Of a DNA stretch of 64,000 nt, positions 25,201-38,147 are shown piece by piece. Source of the stretch: Eledone cirrhosa (Eukaryota); contig OZ024741.1 in the NCBI GenBank assembly GCA_964016885.1, forward strand, positions 229,152,001-229,216,000, read 5' to 3'. The position numbers and the translations under genes were made by a program. The first letter of the stretch is position 1. The number at the start of each line of letters is the position of its first letter. The notes under the pieces are model-generated. The model worked only from the letters and a program-made list of their open reading frames with translations. It did no database searches and was not told the origin of the DNA.

Positions 25201-25267
25201 CCTCAAACGGGAACATTCCAGGTGTACAACTCATGGTCATTTGAGACCAAACGGAGACTTTGCCCTA

Positions 25268-25337
<70 letters not shown>

Positions 25338-25394
25338 TTCATATATATAAATATATATACACATATACATACATATAAATACATACATTGTATA

Positions 25395-26142
25395 TATCAA
25401 ATATTGAGTTAAACTCGAAATAGTCTTTTACAATTAAATAGCTCAAAGAAGGAAATATTTCTGAGCCGTGTAATACAGATGAATATATGAGGGATGAACA
25501 TCTCTACAATTATAGAAGTGTTCGGATTGCAAATGACCAAGTTAGCTAGGTTGAAAAAATACTAATTTAACGTAATATGGTTTGCCTGTCTCAATTTAAA
25601 ATAATAAATCAATAAAAATAATAAACCCATATTGGCAATGGCCGTGATACCTGGACAAACTTTAAATCTGTTTGACAAATTTTAAAATTTGTTTCGCAAC
25701 AATTAAGTGAAAGTTACTATTCCTGTGCTCTTCTGCAGGTTCCCAGAAATTGGTATCTTCCACTTCAAAATACTTAAGAAGACTGAGAAACATGTGTTGT
25801 TGAACGCACGTGTGTCCCAGCGCCTAACTCGTCTCATATCAATGCCGCTAAAAATAGCAGTCGGTTTTATGGGACTAAAAAATTAGCTCAACGCATGGAG
25901 CCATGAATATCAAATACTGAGTTACCAACTCGAAATAGCCTTTTACAATTAAATAGCTCAAAGAAAGAAATATTTCTGAGCCGTGTAATACAGATGAATA
26001 TATGAGGGATGAACACCTATACATTATAGAAGTGTTCGGATTGCAAATGACCAAGTTAGCTAGGTTGAAAAAATACTAATTTAACATAATATGGTTTGCC
26101 TGTCTCGATTTAAAATAATAAATCAATAAAAATAACAAACCT
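25395..26142. repeat. ~235-bp direct repeats (25395-25630, 25908-26142) around a ~280-bp spacer
   Basis: tatcaaata.tgagtt..aactcgaaatag.. to ..aaataataaatcaataaaaata occurs twice. Confidence 0.85.
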
Positions 26143-26183
26143 ATATTATATATATATACATACATATAAATACATACATTATA

Positions 26184-26218
<35 letters not shown>

Positions 26219-26221
<3 letters not shown>

Positions 26222-26385
26222 AAAAAGTATGACCCCGACGGCAGAGCTCAAGCCGTTTCGACTAGTCCAGAAATAGCCGTCGAAACGGCTTGAGCTCTGC
26301 GTCGGGGCCATACTTTTTCCTATTACCCACTCTACTACCCTAAGTATTGAGTACTCTGGTTCCTTACCACATCTCCTTCGTTATA
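26219..26385 (+). mobile_element. Miniature snap-back insertion of family A pLTR (hammerhead 3' half only)
   Basis: 26219-26262 is the reverse complement of ~26279-26320; tail matches 33035-33116. Confidence 0.8.
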
Positions 26386-26403
26386 TATATATATATCAAC
26401 TCT

Positions 26404-26441
26404 ACTTTTGAAAAGCAGAAGAACTGCGAAACCGGTAAAGG
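26404..26441 (+). ncRNA. Minimal hammerhead, U3-A8 variant (family B, second copy)
   Basis: ctt-TTGAAAA-gcagaagaactgc-GAAAC-cg-GTA-aag. Confidence 0.78.
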
Positions 26442-26571
26442 AACCAAATAAATATATATATATTTTTTTAAATAAGACTACAGTTGCATTTTCGATTTCA
26501 TCTTTTTTTCTGTATACTTTCACTCGTGTCGGACACCTCGGTTATTTTTCATTTTGTAAAAAAAACATCAC

Positions 26572-26621
<50 letters not shown>

Positions 26622-27118
26622 ATACATACATTATATACACACACTCACGCACGCAAACGCTCAAACGCACGGACACTCACGCACGCATGTGTGCACGTAC
26701 ACACACATGTTAATAGATTTAACTCTTACTGGAACGCTGCACGAACACACACACAGGCACACATGTTAATTAGTTATAGCTTTCCTGCCCCTCTTCCACT
26801 GTCATGTATGAAACGCAGCGTCTCTCTCCCGCTATTCCCCTCTTTTAGTCTGTCTGTTTCTTTCACTCTCACTCTTTCTTTTTCATCTTTATAGATATAG
26901 AGATTTTTTCTGTGTAAAGTCGTACCTATAGTCAGTTTTATCCATTTTTACCTGGACAAAGGGGGAATCGATCATTCGCAATGTCCTGCTGACCTGCCCT
27001 GATAAATTTGTGGTTGATTACAAAAATGATTTTGAAAATCGGTCTTGTCAATGAAAAGTTGGTGCGGAACAGACACACACACACACTGACAGACATTTTC
27101 ATTTTTATATATATATAT

Positions 27119-27320
27119 ATAATAACTAAAGATTGATTAACATATAAATAAACATGAATAATCACAGGAGATAATTATCTCCTGTGATTATTCATGTTTA
27201 TTTATATGTTAATCAATCTCTAGTTATTATAAAATGCTCGGACCTACGCGTTAGAATCTTAGAGCTTATTTTGCGGGTGATATGGCGCATGTCTTTCTGA
27301 CATGACACCCATAATTTTGA
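27119..27320. repeat. Near-perfect ~112-bp palindrome (centre 27174/5) plus tail related to 20160-20310
   Basis: Arms are reverse-complementary with one mismatch; gatatggcgcatgtc..gacatgaca shared with ~20272. Confidence 0.8.
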
Positions 27321-27353
27321 TTTAGATTAAATTCATTTGGTTTATCTTAATTT

Positions 27354-27412
<59 letters not shown>

Positions 27413-27443
27413 ATGTATGTGTGTGTATGTGTGTGTGTGTGTG

Positions 27444-27559
<116 letters not shown>

Positions 27560-27633
27560 TGATGGTAGCTAAGATGCTTCCGTAGGTGGCATGCTGGTTG
27601 AGAAATCTATGCTCTTACGGAGCAGAGTCTGAT

Positions 27634-27841
27634 AGAATAGAAAACGAAAAATCAGTGATGCATCTGAACTCAATTTATTGTGTGTTACAATTGTTTCCCC
27701 GGCGGACAGCTCGAGACGTCGAACCTGCGGGTCCAGAATCAAACAGATCCACACAATGATCGCGTCTCGAGCTGTCCGCCGGTTAAACAATTGTAACACA
27801 AAATAAATTGAGTTCAGATGCATCACTGATATTTCGTTTTC

Positions 27842-27845
<4 letters not shown>
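27634..27845. repeat. Snap-back inverted repeat carrying a hammerhead 3' half (GAAAC-aatt-GTA)
   Basis: ~85-bp arms, ~45-bp spacer, adjacent to (TA)n. Confidence 0.75.
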
Positions 27846-27897
<52 letters not shown>

Positions 27898-27929
27898 AGA
27901 ATATTTTTCGAAACAGCGAATTGGTTTGA

Positions 27930-28160
27930 AATTATTAGAACTGTAAGCTATCGCCGTATTTTGACAAAAGAAATTAAAGAAATTATTTAGCCTGATAGTG
28001 GGGTTAAGAACCCTCAGAGGAATGGAAAAAGATGAGTATTGACGTGCATGTACATCAATACTCATCTTTTTCCATTCCTCTGAGGGTTCTTAACCCCACT
28101 ATCAGGCTAAATAATTTCTTTAATTTCTTTTGTCAAAATACGGCGATAACTTACAATTCT

Positions 28161-28167
<7 letters not shown>
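27930..28167. repeat. ~238-bp palindrome with no spacer (centre 28048/9) in (TA)n
   Basis: The ORF track gives near-identical peptides on both strands. Confidence 0.9.
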
Positions 28168-28195
<28 letters not shown>

Positions 28196-28202
<7 letters not shown>

Positions 28203-28965
28203 CATTATGAAGAGAGAAGAAACATTAGATATAATTAGTAATAAGATACATCATACCTAAACTGCTCTATAGTCCCCGACTACGTAGTTTCGTAGCATAT
28301 TATGCAAAAACACTACATCATAGAGATATAGAGTTTTTGTGAGGTCTGCCGACTTATCAAGAGGATACCTAATTAAGGGTTTCAAAACACGTCTGTGATG
28401 CGCGAGATAGAATCTCGAAAAGACGGAGGGGGAGTCAATCACGTGATACAGCGGTCAAAAAACAGAGCTAAGCCCCTTATAACCCTGAAAAAAATACCAC
28501 GGAGACGAAGGGGGTATTTATATCAAAGCCGTAGAAGAGGTGGTTTGAGGAGACGAGAAGTATGAGTAATGGTAGCTATCCAGCAGTCACTACACTTCAA
28601 AGGTTACTCGACCAGAGGGAGTTATAAACAATATATAGAGAAACACACAGATACATGCGGATACATACATACACATGAATATATCCACATATATCCCTGA
28701 GTTAGTGGTACCAACCTCAACCGATGTTGCTCTATGAATAACTGGGAGAAACCAATCCGAATGGATTAGACTGATTCAGTATCAGAGCTATATAATACAT
28801 TATGAAGAGAGAAGAAACAAATATAATTAGTAATATATCATAATGTATTATATAGCTCTGATACTGAATCATTCTAATCCATTCGGATTGGTTTGTCCCA
28901 GTTATTCATAGAGCAACATCGGTTGAGGTTGGTACCACTAACTCAGGGATATATGTGGATATATT
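28196..28965. mobile_element. Non-coding element with a short direct repeat and a ~125-bp inverted duplication
   Basis: 28678-28803 versus 28838-28963 inverted; taatacattatgaagagagaagaaaca at ~28198 and ~28793. Confidence 0.7.
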
Positions 28966-28971
28966 AATGTG

Positions 28972-29118
<147 letters not shown>

Positions 29119-29130
29119 TTATATACACAC

Positions 29131-29167
<37 letters not shown>

Positions 29168-29855
29168 GTGTGTGTGTGTGTGTGAGTGTGTATGTATATG
29201 TGTGAATGTATGTATGTATATATGTATGTATGTATATATATCATGCATGTAAACAGCGCTAAGAATTACTCACATCTCCCACTCCAACTACAAGACCACC
29301 AATCTTTATCACCACCCCATTATTCCCCCATTATATCCACAATAGGGTGTCTGGATGGCGCCTTACCCACTTCTCATTGACATTTTTATTTATTTTCTGC
29401 CTATTCTGCTTTAATTGTTGTTGAAATTGTTGTTGTTGTGTTACCCCTGCTGTTTCTGCTGCTACTGCTGCTGTTGGTGTTGCTGTTGCTGTTGCTGCTG
29501 CTGCTGCTGTTGCTACAAATTCAACTTTTGGTGTATGTAGAATTGTTGCTAAGACATATATGTGTGGGTGTGTGTGTGTGGGTGTGTGTGTGTGTGTGTG
29601 AATGTATGATGGTATATATGTGTATATATACACACTTATACGTATAGGTGTGTGTGTGTGTGTGTGTGTGTGTGACGGTATATGTGTGTATGTAGACACA
29701 CATATACATATATATGTGTGTGTATGAGTGTGAGTGTGAATGTATGACCATATATATGTATGTTTGTATACACACATATATACATATATGTATGAGTGTG
29801 CGTATGTATTTATGTGTGTATGCGTGGGTATACGTGCGTATGTGTGAATGTATCG

Positions 29856-29928
<73 letters not shown>

Positions 29929-29930
29929 CA

Positions 29931-29976
<46 letters not shown>

Positions 29977-30195
29977 TGTATGTATATGTATGTGTATGTG
30001 TGTGTACGTGCGTATGTGTGAATGTATACACACATATATAAGTATGACACACATATATATGTATACACACATATATATGTATACACACATACATATGTAT
30101 ATGTGTTCGTGCTTTTGCTGTTGTTCTGGTCGTCATAGTTGTCCTATTTTTTTTTCTTTTATATATCCCTGTTTGTATTATATATATGTGTTCAT

Positions 30196-30400
30196 GGCGG
30201 TGGATTGGCAGAATCGGTAGAGCGTCACACACCATGCTTTGCAGCACAAAGTTATGGCCCCTTGCGCCGAGGTCAGCTTTGCTTTTCATCCCTTTGGAGT
30301 CTATAAACTAAAGCATCAGTAATGCGCTGGGGTCGATTTAATCGACTTTCACCCACCTCCTCCCAAATTGCTGGCCTTGTACCTGTAGTAGAAATCATTA
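30196..30400 (+). mobile_element. tRNA-derived SINE
   Basis: GGCGGTGGATTGGCAGAATCGGTAGAGC head; GCCGAGGTCAGCTTTGCTTTTCATCCC core; AGAAATCATTAT end. Confidence 0.85.
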
Positions 30401-30774
30401 TATACATGTGTGTGCGTGTGTGCGTGTGTGCGTGTGTGTGAGTGTGTGCGTGTGTATGTGAGTGTGTGTGTGTGTGTGGAGTGTCTGCGGCGCGAAGACC
30501 GAGGCGACCAAAAATCAGGGTTGCAGAGTGACTATATTGAAGAGGTAGAATCCTGATGCTTCCACTGCAAAAGGCTTGCGGAAACAAGTTCAAACCGCAG
30601 TGCTTACCGTCGCTTTCTACCCCTTCAATATATCGCTCAATTACAAATATACATTTTGTTAACACTTTTAGAATGGTGGGCTCGCGTACCGTTAACATTA
30701 TTTCTTGAGTAAGTATATGAGAGAAGCCGGGCAGAAAATATTTGTACTATCACCGCGGTAACTAATATATAGAG

Positions 30775-31035
30775 GCGTTAGAACGTCGGATAGAATACTT
30801 TATGGGTATTCGTTCTGGATCTCTGCTCTCTGATTTCAAATCTCTCAGAGATCACCTTTGGCTTTCATCCTTTCGAGGTCGTTAAAAAAAGTACCAGTGT
30901 AGTACTGAGGTCCATTCTTCCTCTTTCTGGAAAACATTTGCTGCACTCAAGCCTGGAGAGAGATGGGCTCCACCAGGCTTAAAATGCCCAAGAAATGGGC
31001 GTCCCTACGTCTCTATCAGGAGTTACGTACCACAC
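30775..31035 (+). mobile_element. SINE with alternative tail (as 16425-16765)
   Basis: gttagaacgtcggatag..ctttcatcctttcgaggtcg..caggcttaaaatgcccaagaa. Confidence 0.75.
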
Positions 31036-31037
31036 CA

Positions 31038-31119
<82 letters not shown>

Positions 31120-31129
31120 AACCAGTAAG

Positions 31130-31223
31130 ACCCCGACAGCTGAGCTCAAGCCGTTTCGACGGCTAATTCTGGACTAAATGAAAATTTATCCTGGTATTTA
31201 AATAGCCGATCTTCTCAAGGGGT
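31130..31223 (-). ncRNA. Hammerhead, U3-A8 variant (family A, left arm)
   Basis: Reverse complement of 32930-33023. Confidence 0.75.
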
Positions 31224-32929
31224 AATTCCATATATGGTCAAAGTGATTGTCAAAAATCAGTAGTAATTCTGTGGTTGCAAATTAGTAGGGGAGATGGTGG
31301 CTAAACCTGCCAGTAGGAGAAAGAGGGGAGGGGGTGGAGTAGACCCAATCAGGCGTTTGTAGTGCCAGCTACAGCTGGGCATGAGGTCAAAGAAGATACA
31401 GGGGAGGGGGAGGGGGAGGAAGTCGGAACGGTAGGTAGAACAATGGGGGGTAGAAATATATAGGAAAGAAAAAATACTAAGAGTGAAGAAAAGCAAATAA
31501 GTGTAAAGAAAAACAAATGAGTGTAAAGAAAAAAGTAAAGTAAATTAAATTCTACGACCTAGGTCTCTAGCTATTGTTAGGCTAGAATAAATAAATAAAT
31601 AAAGAAAGAAAGAAGTAAAGAAAGAAATAAAGAAATAACGAAATAAGTAAAAGAACTAGGTGGGACGAAATAGGCGAGGACCCTTTTAAGAGGTATAAGT
31701 ACGTAAATGATACGGTGACGGGTCAACAAAAGGGGCCAAAATACTAAAGAGACTACCACGAAATAAACAATAAAGGTTTCCATCCCGGGCACAATTCCAG
31801 CAACCACCCAGTGCAGCAAAGTGAACTAATACGAGATAATAATTCTGAGTCCCGAGAAAAATATATACTAATGCTAACTCTAAAAGATCTAAAACAAGCT
31901 ACATGAAAGTTCGTACGAAGTAAAGGTAGAATACGGAAAAATAAATAAATAAATTCAGAATCCACCCCGCCCAAAAGAAAAGCGAAGAAAGAAATACTGA
32001 AACGAAAAAATAGTCTAGGATAGATTTGGCGGACTCCGCCCTTTATAGCAGTTGGTTTAGACCCCGGATACTTGTCCCCTTTTTCCGACCGCTCCCACTA
32101 TTCTCTGTGCCCTCTATATTTCTTAGTGGCACTTATGCCTTATTTTTTCGTTTCAGTATTTCTTTCTTCGCTTTTCTTTTGGGCGGGGTGGATTCTGAAT
32201 TTATTTATTTATTTTTCCGTATTCTACCTTTACTTCGTACGAACTTTCATGTACCTTGTTTTAGATCTTTTAGAGTTAGCATTAGTATATATTTTTCTCG
32301 GGACTCAGAATTATTATCTCGTATTAGTTCACTTTGCTGCACTGGGTGGTTGCTGGAATTGTGCCCGGGATGGAAACCTTTATTGTTTATTTCGTGGTAG
32401 TCTCTTTAGTATTTTGGCCCCTTTTGTTGACCCGTCACCGTATCATTTACGTACTTATACCTCTTAAAAGGGTCCTCGCCTATTTCGTCCCACCTAGTTC
32501 TTTTACTTATTTCGTTATTTCTTTATTTCTTTCTTTACTTCTTTCTTTCTTTATTTATTTATTTATTCTAGCCTAACAATAGCTAGAGACCTAGGTCGTA
32601 GAATTTAATTTACTTTACTTTTTTCTTTACACTCATTTGTTTTTCTTTACACTTATTTGCTTTTCTTCACTCTCAGTATTTTTTCTTTCCTATATATTTC
32701 TACCCCCCATTGTTCTACCTACCGTTCCGACTTCCTCCCCCTCCCCCTCCCCTGTATCTTCTTTGACCTCATGCGCAGCTGTAGCTGGCACTACAAACGC
32801 CTGATTGGGTCTACTCCACCCCCTCCCCTCTTTCTCCTACTGGCAGGTTTAGCCACCATCTCCCCTACTAATTTGCAACCACAGAATTACTACTGATTTT
32901 TGACAATCACTTTGACCATATATGGAATT

Positions 32930-33023
32930 ACCCCTTGAGAAGATCGGCTATTTAAATACCAGGATAAATTTTCATTTAGTCCAGAATTAGCCGTCGAAAC
33001 GGCTTGAGCTCAGCTGTCGGGGT
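32930..33023 (+). ncRNA. Hammerhead, U3-A8 variant (family A, right arm)
   Basis: acccc-TTGAGAA-gatcggcta..tagccgtc-GAAAC-ggct tgagctc agct-GTC-ggggt. Confidence 0.75.
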
Positions 33024-33117
33024 CTTACTGGTTCCTATTACCCACTCTACTACCTCAAGTATTGAGTACTTTGGTGCGTTATGGTCCACCTGGTTCCTTA
33101 CCACATTTCCTTCGTTA

Positions 33118-33237
<120 letters not shown>

Positions 33238-33420
33238 TTTATTTATATATATGCTAATAATAATCATAAAGTGTTATATAAAATAAATGTAATCTGAGTT
33301 TTTCGAATATTAATAATAACATTCGATTCGTTTGCAATTATGTAAACAAGCCTTATTTTTAAAGCCATGTCAGTAGAATGAACCCTTCATTCTTGGTCTT
33401 GTGTTGGCATGTAAACTGAA

Positions 33421-33464
33421 CTGCAGACAGTAATGTTTCTGGGTATCACCCTTCATCAGTACAG
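33421..33464 (-). ncRNA. Hammerhead ribozyme (GUC site)
   Basis: ctgta-CTGATGA-a gggt gat accc a-GAAAC-attact-GTC-tgcag. Confidence 0.8.
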
Positions 33465-33622
33465 ATCACTGTTCACCTGCTAACTGTTAGAGCTAGTGTC
33501 TGCAGTTCTGTTTACATGCCAACACAAACGCAAGAATGAAGGGTTCATTCTACTGACATTGTTTTAAAAATGAGGCTTGTTTGCATAATTGCAAACGAAT
33601 CGAATGTTATTAATATTATTAA

Positions 33623-33808
33623 AAGGCGGTGGATTGACAGTATCGTTAGAGGGTTGGACGCCATGCACATAGAGTTACGGGCCTTGTCATTCTAAGTTCA
33701 AATCCCGCCGAGGTTAACGTTGCCTTTCATCCTTATGGGTTCGATAAAATAAAGTACCAGTAATGCACTGGTATAATTGATGGCCTTTTGCCAAAAGTAG
33801 AAACAATT
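33623..33808 (+). mobile_element. tRNA-derived SINE with probable TSD (ttattaatatt)
   Basis: GGCGGTGGATTGACAG head, AAGTTCAAATCCC B box, GCCTTTCATCC core. Confidence 0.88.
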
Positions 33809-34102
33809 ATTAATATTCGAAAAACTCAGATTACATTAATTGTATTCAGCCATGTAGAGAGAAATCTTTTTTTTATATATATATATATAAAACTATTACC
33901 CAAAAGCGCTGGTATAAATACAGCGTCCTTCGGCCAGCGCCTAGCTCACTCAACAAATCTAGTGAATTGCAATTATACAGCTGCAATCAACTGTTCAGAG
34001 TGCACACATTTAGTTTTATAGTATATATAGAGAGAATAATATACAGCGAGAATATACAAAAAACAAGTCAAGCTAAACAGGTCAGGCAAAATAAATGATA
34101 TA

Positions 34103-34160
<58 letters not shown>

Positions 34161-34164
34161 TATA

Positions 34165-34775
34165 ACAAACCTGGACCCCTGGAATTGATGCTAAAATCCA
34201 GTATAGGGTTTCTGCGACACCTAAATCAATAATACTGTCTGCTTAAAACAATAAGCTTTTGGTATAATGATCGAACGAGGAATATCACGTTATCAACAGG
34301 TATATTGTTCTGCGCCAGTGTTGTGGAATACACAGTGTTTTGTAAAAGCACATGTATAACTCACAGGGGAAAAACCCCAGATTTTAGAAAATGAATTCAG
34401 TATGTGTAAATCATACAAAAAATTGCATGAATAGCACAAATTAAATAAGCTCTCGACCGGATAGTTTTTAAAATAAACTTATGCAATTAACCTGTCAATA
34501 AAATTATTAACAGGTTAATTGTAAGACTCGGGAGGTTAATACAATTATAAATTCAGCGAGAATCGTATTTCGGTGGGTAGAAAAAGCGAAACGTAACGCA
34601 AATTCCGAGTCATGCTGGCAAGCGCTCCATTGGCTAAAAGACCAGAGCAATAAACATAGGTTATAAAGGCCATACAAACTGAGAAGGCGATTAAAAAGCC
34701 ATTAACCACCTAAGCCAAAAAAGAACAAGTCAAGCTAAACAGGTCAGACAAAATAAATGACATAATCATATATAT
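34165..34775. mobile_element. ~570-bp dispersed non-coding repeat, copy 1
   Basis: Second copy at 37566-38133; its end caagtcaagctaaacaggtcag also occurs upstream at ~34064. Confidence 0.85.
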
Positions 34776-34929
34776 ATATTGTTATACTTTGGGAGGGTCA
34801 TGTTGCCAATAAGAAACACACGCACCAGTTGCTTTCACTTCAATTTAATTTATTATATATTTATAAATTTACAAATTTATAAATTTCTGGTTGGTTGGTA
34901 TATATATATTAATTAAAATAACATATTAA

Positions 34930-34980
34930 AGTTTAAGCAAAGAATCGCTGCTTTCATCCTTAACGGGATCTTCTGAAACT
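34930..34980 (-). ncRNA. Hammerhead motif, U4->A core (inverted copy)
   Basis: Reverse complement of 36132-36182. Confidence 0.6.
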
Positions 34981-35502
34981 AAAAAAGTCAATCTGTGAAC
35001 GCAGAAGTAAATATTTCAAAAAAACATTGCAACCGGAGGCATTTTCGGCTTGTAAACATAAATTGCATGAAACTTTCCTTTATTACAGCTCTACAGTATA
35101 CCCTAACGGATAGTACGAACTATACGCGGATATTTTACGTATTGATGTGGTAGTTAAGCATATGTCATGTTTATACCATTACTTATTGGTATAGGTAAGT
35201 ATATATTACCTGTATGTTTTGTGAAGGTACGTATACTTTCTCGTACGTATATTTGATTGTATATGGTGTGGCGTATATATTATATATTTGGTACATATGC
35301 ATTTGGTTATGTGTATACGCGAGTTTTGCGTCTGTGTGAGTATGCGGGTTCGTACGTATGTTGGGTGTGTGTATATGTGTACTTTATGTTTTGGTTGACG
35401 TTGTCTCCGAACATATGTGTATTTACATGTAGGTATGTGTGTGCGCGCGTTATATACGTATTTATTTATTTATATACGTTTTTTTAATTATATGTATACA
35501 CG

Positions 35503-35533
<31 letters not shown>

Positions 35534-36131
35534 TTTTAAATATATATTTGTATGCGTATACATTCGTATGTGTGCGGGTACAGGCGTTGAGTGGGTTCTG
35601 TATGTGCGTGCGGGTTTGTTTGTGTACGTGCTTGTATTTGTATGCCTATGGCGTGTGTTTTGCGTATGCTTGTGTATGTACATATATGGATGCGTGTATG
35701 TATTTATCTAATTTCAATTACCTCTGTATTTTATTTACTCTTATTCTTAACTCTGAAGCCGAGAATCATTCGGTTTCCTAGTTAGAATTTTAGTCTACGA
35801 CTTCAGTTATACTATTTACGCGGTTTTATCTTTGCTTGCAATTGTTCTCCACGCCCCACATAATGACGTATTATCTTCGTTTTTTCCGTTCATTGTCAGA
35901 GAACGTCTCCATGAACAACTCAATAGAATATTAGTCTACGACTTCTCTTATACCATAAACGTGATTTTGTCTTTGCGTGTAATTGTTTTTCACTGCTCCA
36001 AATAATGACGTATTATCTTCATTTTTTCCCGTTCTTTGCCAGGGAACGTTTCCATGAACCAAAGTATCGTCTTCCTCCGGCTGCAACGTTTTTTGAAATA
36101 TTTACTTCTGCGTTCACAGATTGACTTTTTT

Positions 36132-36182
36132 AGTTTCAGAAGATCCCGTTAAGGGTGAAAGCAGCGATTCTTTGCTTAAACT
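36132..36182 (+). ncRNA. Hammerhead motif, CAGAAGA core, CUU site
   Basis: agttt-CAGAAGA-t ccc gttaa ggg t-GAAA-gca..tgc-TT-aaact. Confidence 0.62.
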
Positions 36183-36289
36183 TTAATCTATTATTTTAAT
36201 AAATATTTGCTCTACGGTTCTTATATATATGATATATATTTATCCTTATCGAGCCCTCTTTGCATTTTAGTCTTCAAATTTATTATTAT

Positions 36290-36364
<75 letters not shown>

Positions 36365-36369
<5 letters not shown>

Positions 36370-36477
36370 GGAATAGAATGAAACGAAATTTCATTTCTCA
36401 CTCTTAGTACGGCACTTACTTAAATGTAAGTATGTATGTATACGTACATACATATATGTATACAGACGTACAGTAGC

Positions 36478-36538
<61 letters not shown>

Positions 36539-37020
36539 CAGGCACACATATATATATGCACGTATCAGTTTACCGAACATTTATTATAATGTTCGCTTTG
36601 TTCGTTTGTAAACAAACGGACAGCCTGATTTACGCCGTACAGTGTTCAGGCAACCACGTCACCTTTTTGTTCAACACTGACACAGGAACGATGTACTAGT
36701 TTCAAGCTTGTTAGCTATCGTCAGCACCGTATACCTTTCTGCCAGATGGTTGAACGTTCGAAAGTATATACTTTCCTTATGAAAATTCACGGCTGAACAG
36801 CCTAATTTGCATATCGAGTGAGTTCAGTCGGCCAGGCGCACCTAAAACGATAAATGGAATAGAAAGAAACGAAATTTCATTTCTCACTCTTAGTACGGCG
36901 CTTACTTAAATGAACACTGTACGGCGTAAATCAGGCTGTCCGTTTGTTTACAAACGAACAAAGCGAACATTATAATAAATGTTCGGTAAACTGATACGTG
37001 CATATATATATGTGTGCCTG

Positions 37021-37055
<35 letters not shown>

Positions 37056-37100
37056 GCTACTGTACGTCTGTATACATATATGTATGTACGTATACATACA
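36365..37100. mobile_element. Rearranged pLTR element with direct and inverted duplications
   Basis: taaatggaataga..cttacttaaatg at 36365 and 36851; 36430-36648 inverted at ~36911-37100. Confidence 0.75.
36689..36729 (-). ncRNA. Minimal hammerhead (palindromic ACTAGT helix III, GUA site)
   Basis: cggtg-CTGACGA-t agct aaca agct t-GAAAC-ta-GTA-catcg. Confidence 0.85.
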
Positions 37101-37104
37101 TATT

Positions 37105-37210
<106 letters not shown>

Positions 37211-37502
37211 CACATATACATATATTCAGTAGTTAAGCAAATCAAGACCACAAGTTCACATAGAAGATATTAGTCACAGAGCATCAACATTAAGTGCAGT
37301 TTAATATAGATAGGGGATAGTAATGTCAGTTTACAATTGTTTCACTACTCCATATAATGTTTCTGGATCAATCGATGGTAAGAAAGTTATTGATTGGTGC
37401 AGAGAAATATAAGTAACATAGAATAATATTATGGAGCAGATTTTCGGAACTTAGGGAGAGATAATGAGATTATTACTATATATACACACACACATATATA
37501 TA

Positions 37503-37565
<63 letters not shown>

Positions 37566-37567
<2 letters not shown>

Positions 37568-38133
37568 CAAACTTGGACCCCTGGAATTGATGGTAAAATC
37601 CAGTACAGGGTTTCTGCAACACCTAACTCAATAATACCGTTTGCTTAAAAAAAATAAGCTTTTGGTATAATGATCGAACGAGGAATATCACGTTATCAAC
37701 AGGTATATTGTTCTGCGCCAGTGTTGTGGAATACACAGTGTTTTGTAAAAGCACATGTATAACTCACAGGGGAAAAACCCCAGATTTTAGAAAATGAATT
37801 CAGTATGTGTAAACATGCAAAAAATTGCATAAATATCACGAATCGAATAAGCTCTCGACCGGGTAGTTTTTAAAATAAATTTATGCAATTAATCTGTCAA
37901 TAAAATTATTAACAGGTTAAGTGTAAGACTTGGGAGATTAATACAATTATAAATTCAGCGAGAATCGCATTTCGGTGGGTAGAAAAAGCGAAACGTAACG
38001 CAAATTCCGAGTCATGCTGTCAAGCGCTCCATTGGCTAAAAGACCAGAGCAATAAACATAGGTTATAAAGGCCATACAAACTGAGAAGACGGTCAAGAAG
38101 CCATAAACCACCTAAACCAAAAGAACAAGTCAA
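37566..38133. mobile_element. ~570-bp dispersed non-coding repeat, copy 2
   Basis: Highly similar to 34165-34732. Confidence 0.85.
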
Positions 38134-38147
38134 TGTCATCTATAATA

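Larger units (their letters stand above)
20971..25265 (-). mobile_element. Helitron, decayed and 5'-truncated (Rep HUH + PIF1 helicase)
   Basis: PDLFITFTCNP, IEWQKRRLPHAHIL, KYVCKYINKG, FLDAPGGTGKT, LLRNL..LCNGTRL; 3' end ACCCGG-gcaacg-CCGGGT hairpin then CTAG at 20971-20974. Confidence 0.95.
31118..33116. mobile_element. Family A non-coding Penelope-like element as a ~895-bp inverted duplication (31118-32012 / ~32142-33035)
   Basis: Mirror-image ORFs on both strands; arms nearly identical; (TA)n on both flanks. Confidence 0.92.
33287..33838. mobile_element. Snap-back pLTR element (~140-bp arms) interrupted by a SINE
   Basis: 33287-33429 versus 33497-33617 plus 33808-33838 inverted. Confidence 0.8.
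34915..36205 (+). mobile_element. Non-coding element with ~125-bp terminal inverted duplication bearing hammerhead motifs
   Basis: 34925-35039 versus ~36075-36187; internal ~135-bp tandem duplication at 35785-36060. Confidence 0.8.

Noticed and set aside
30548-30592. CTGATGC..GAAACAAGTT
   Set aside because: A9 is missing and there is no helix I; compatible with chance
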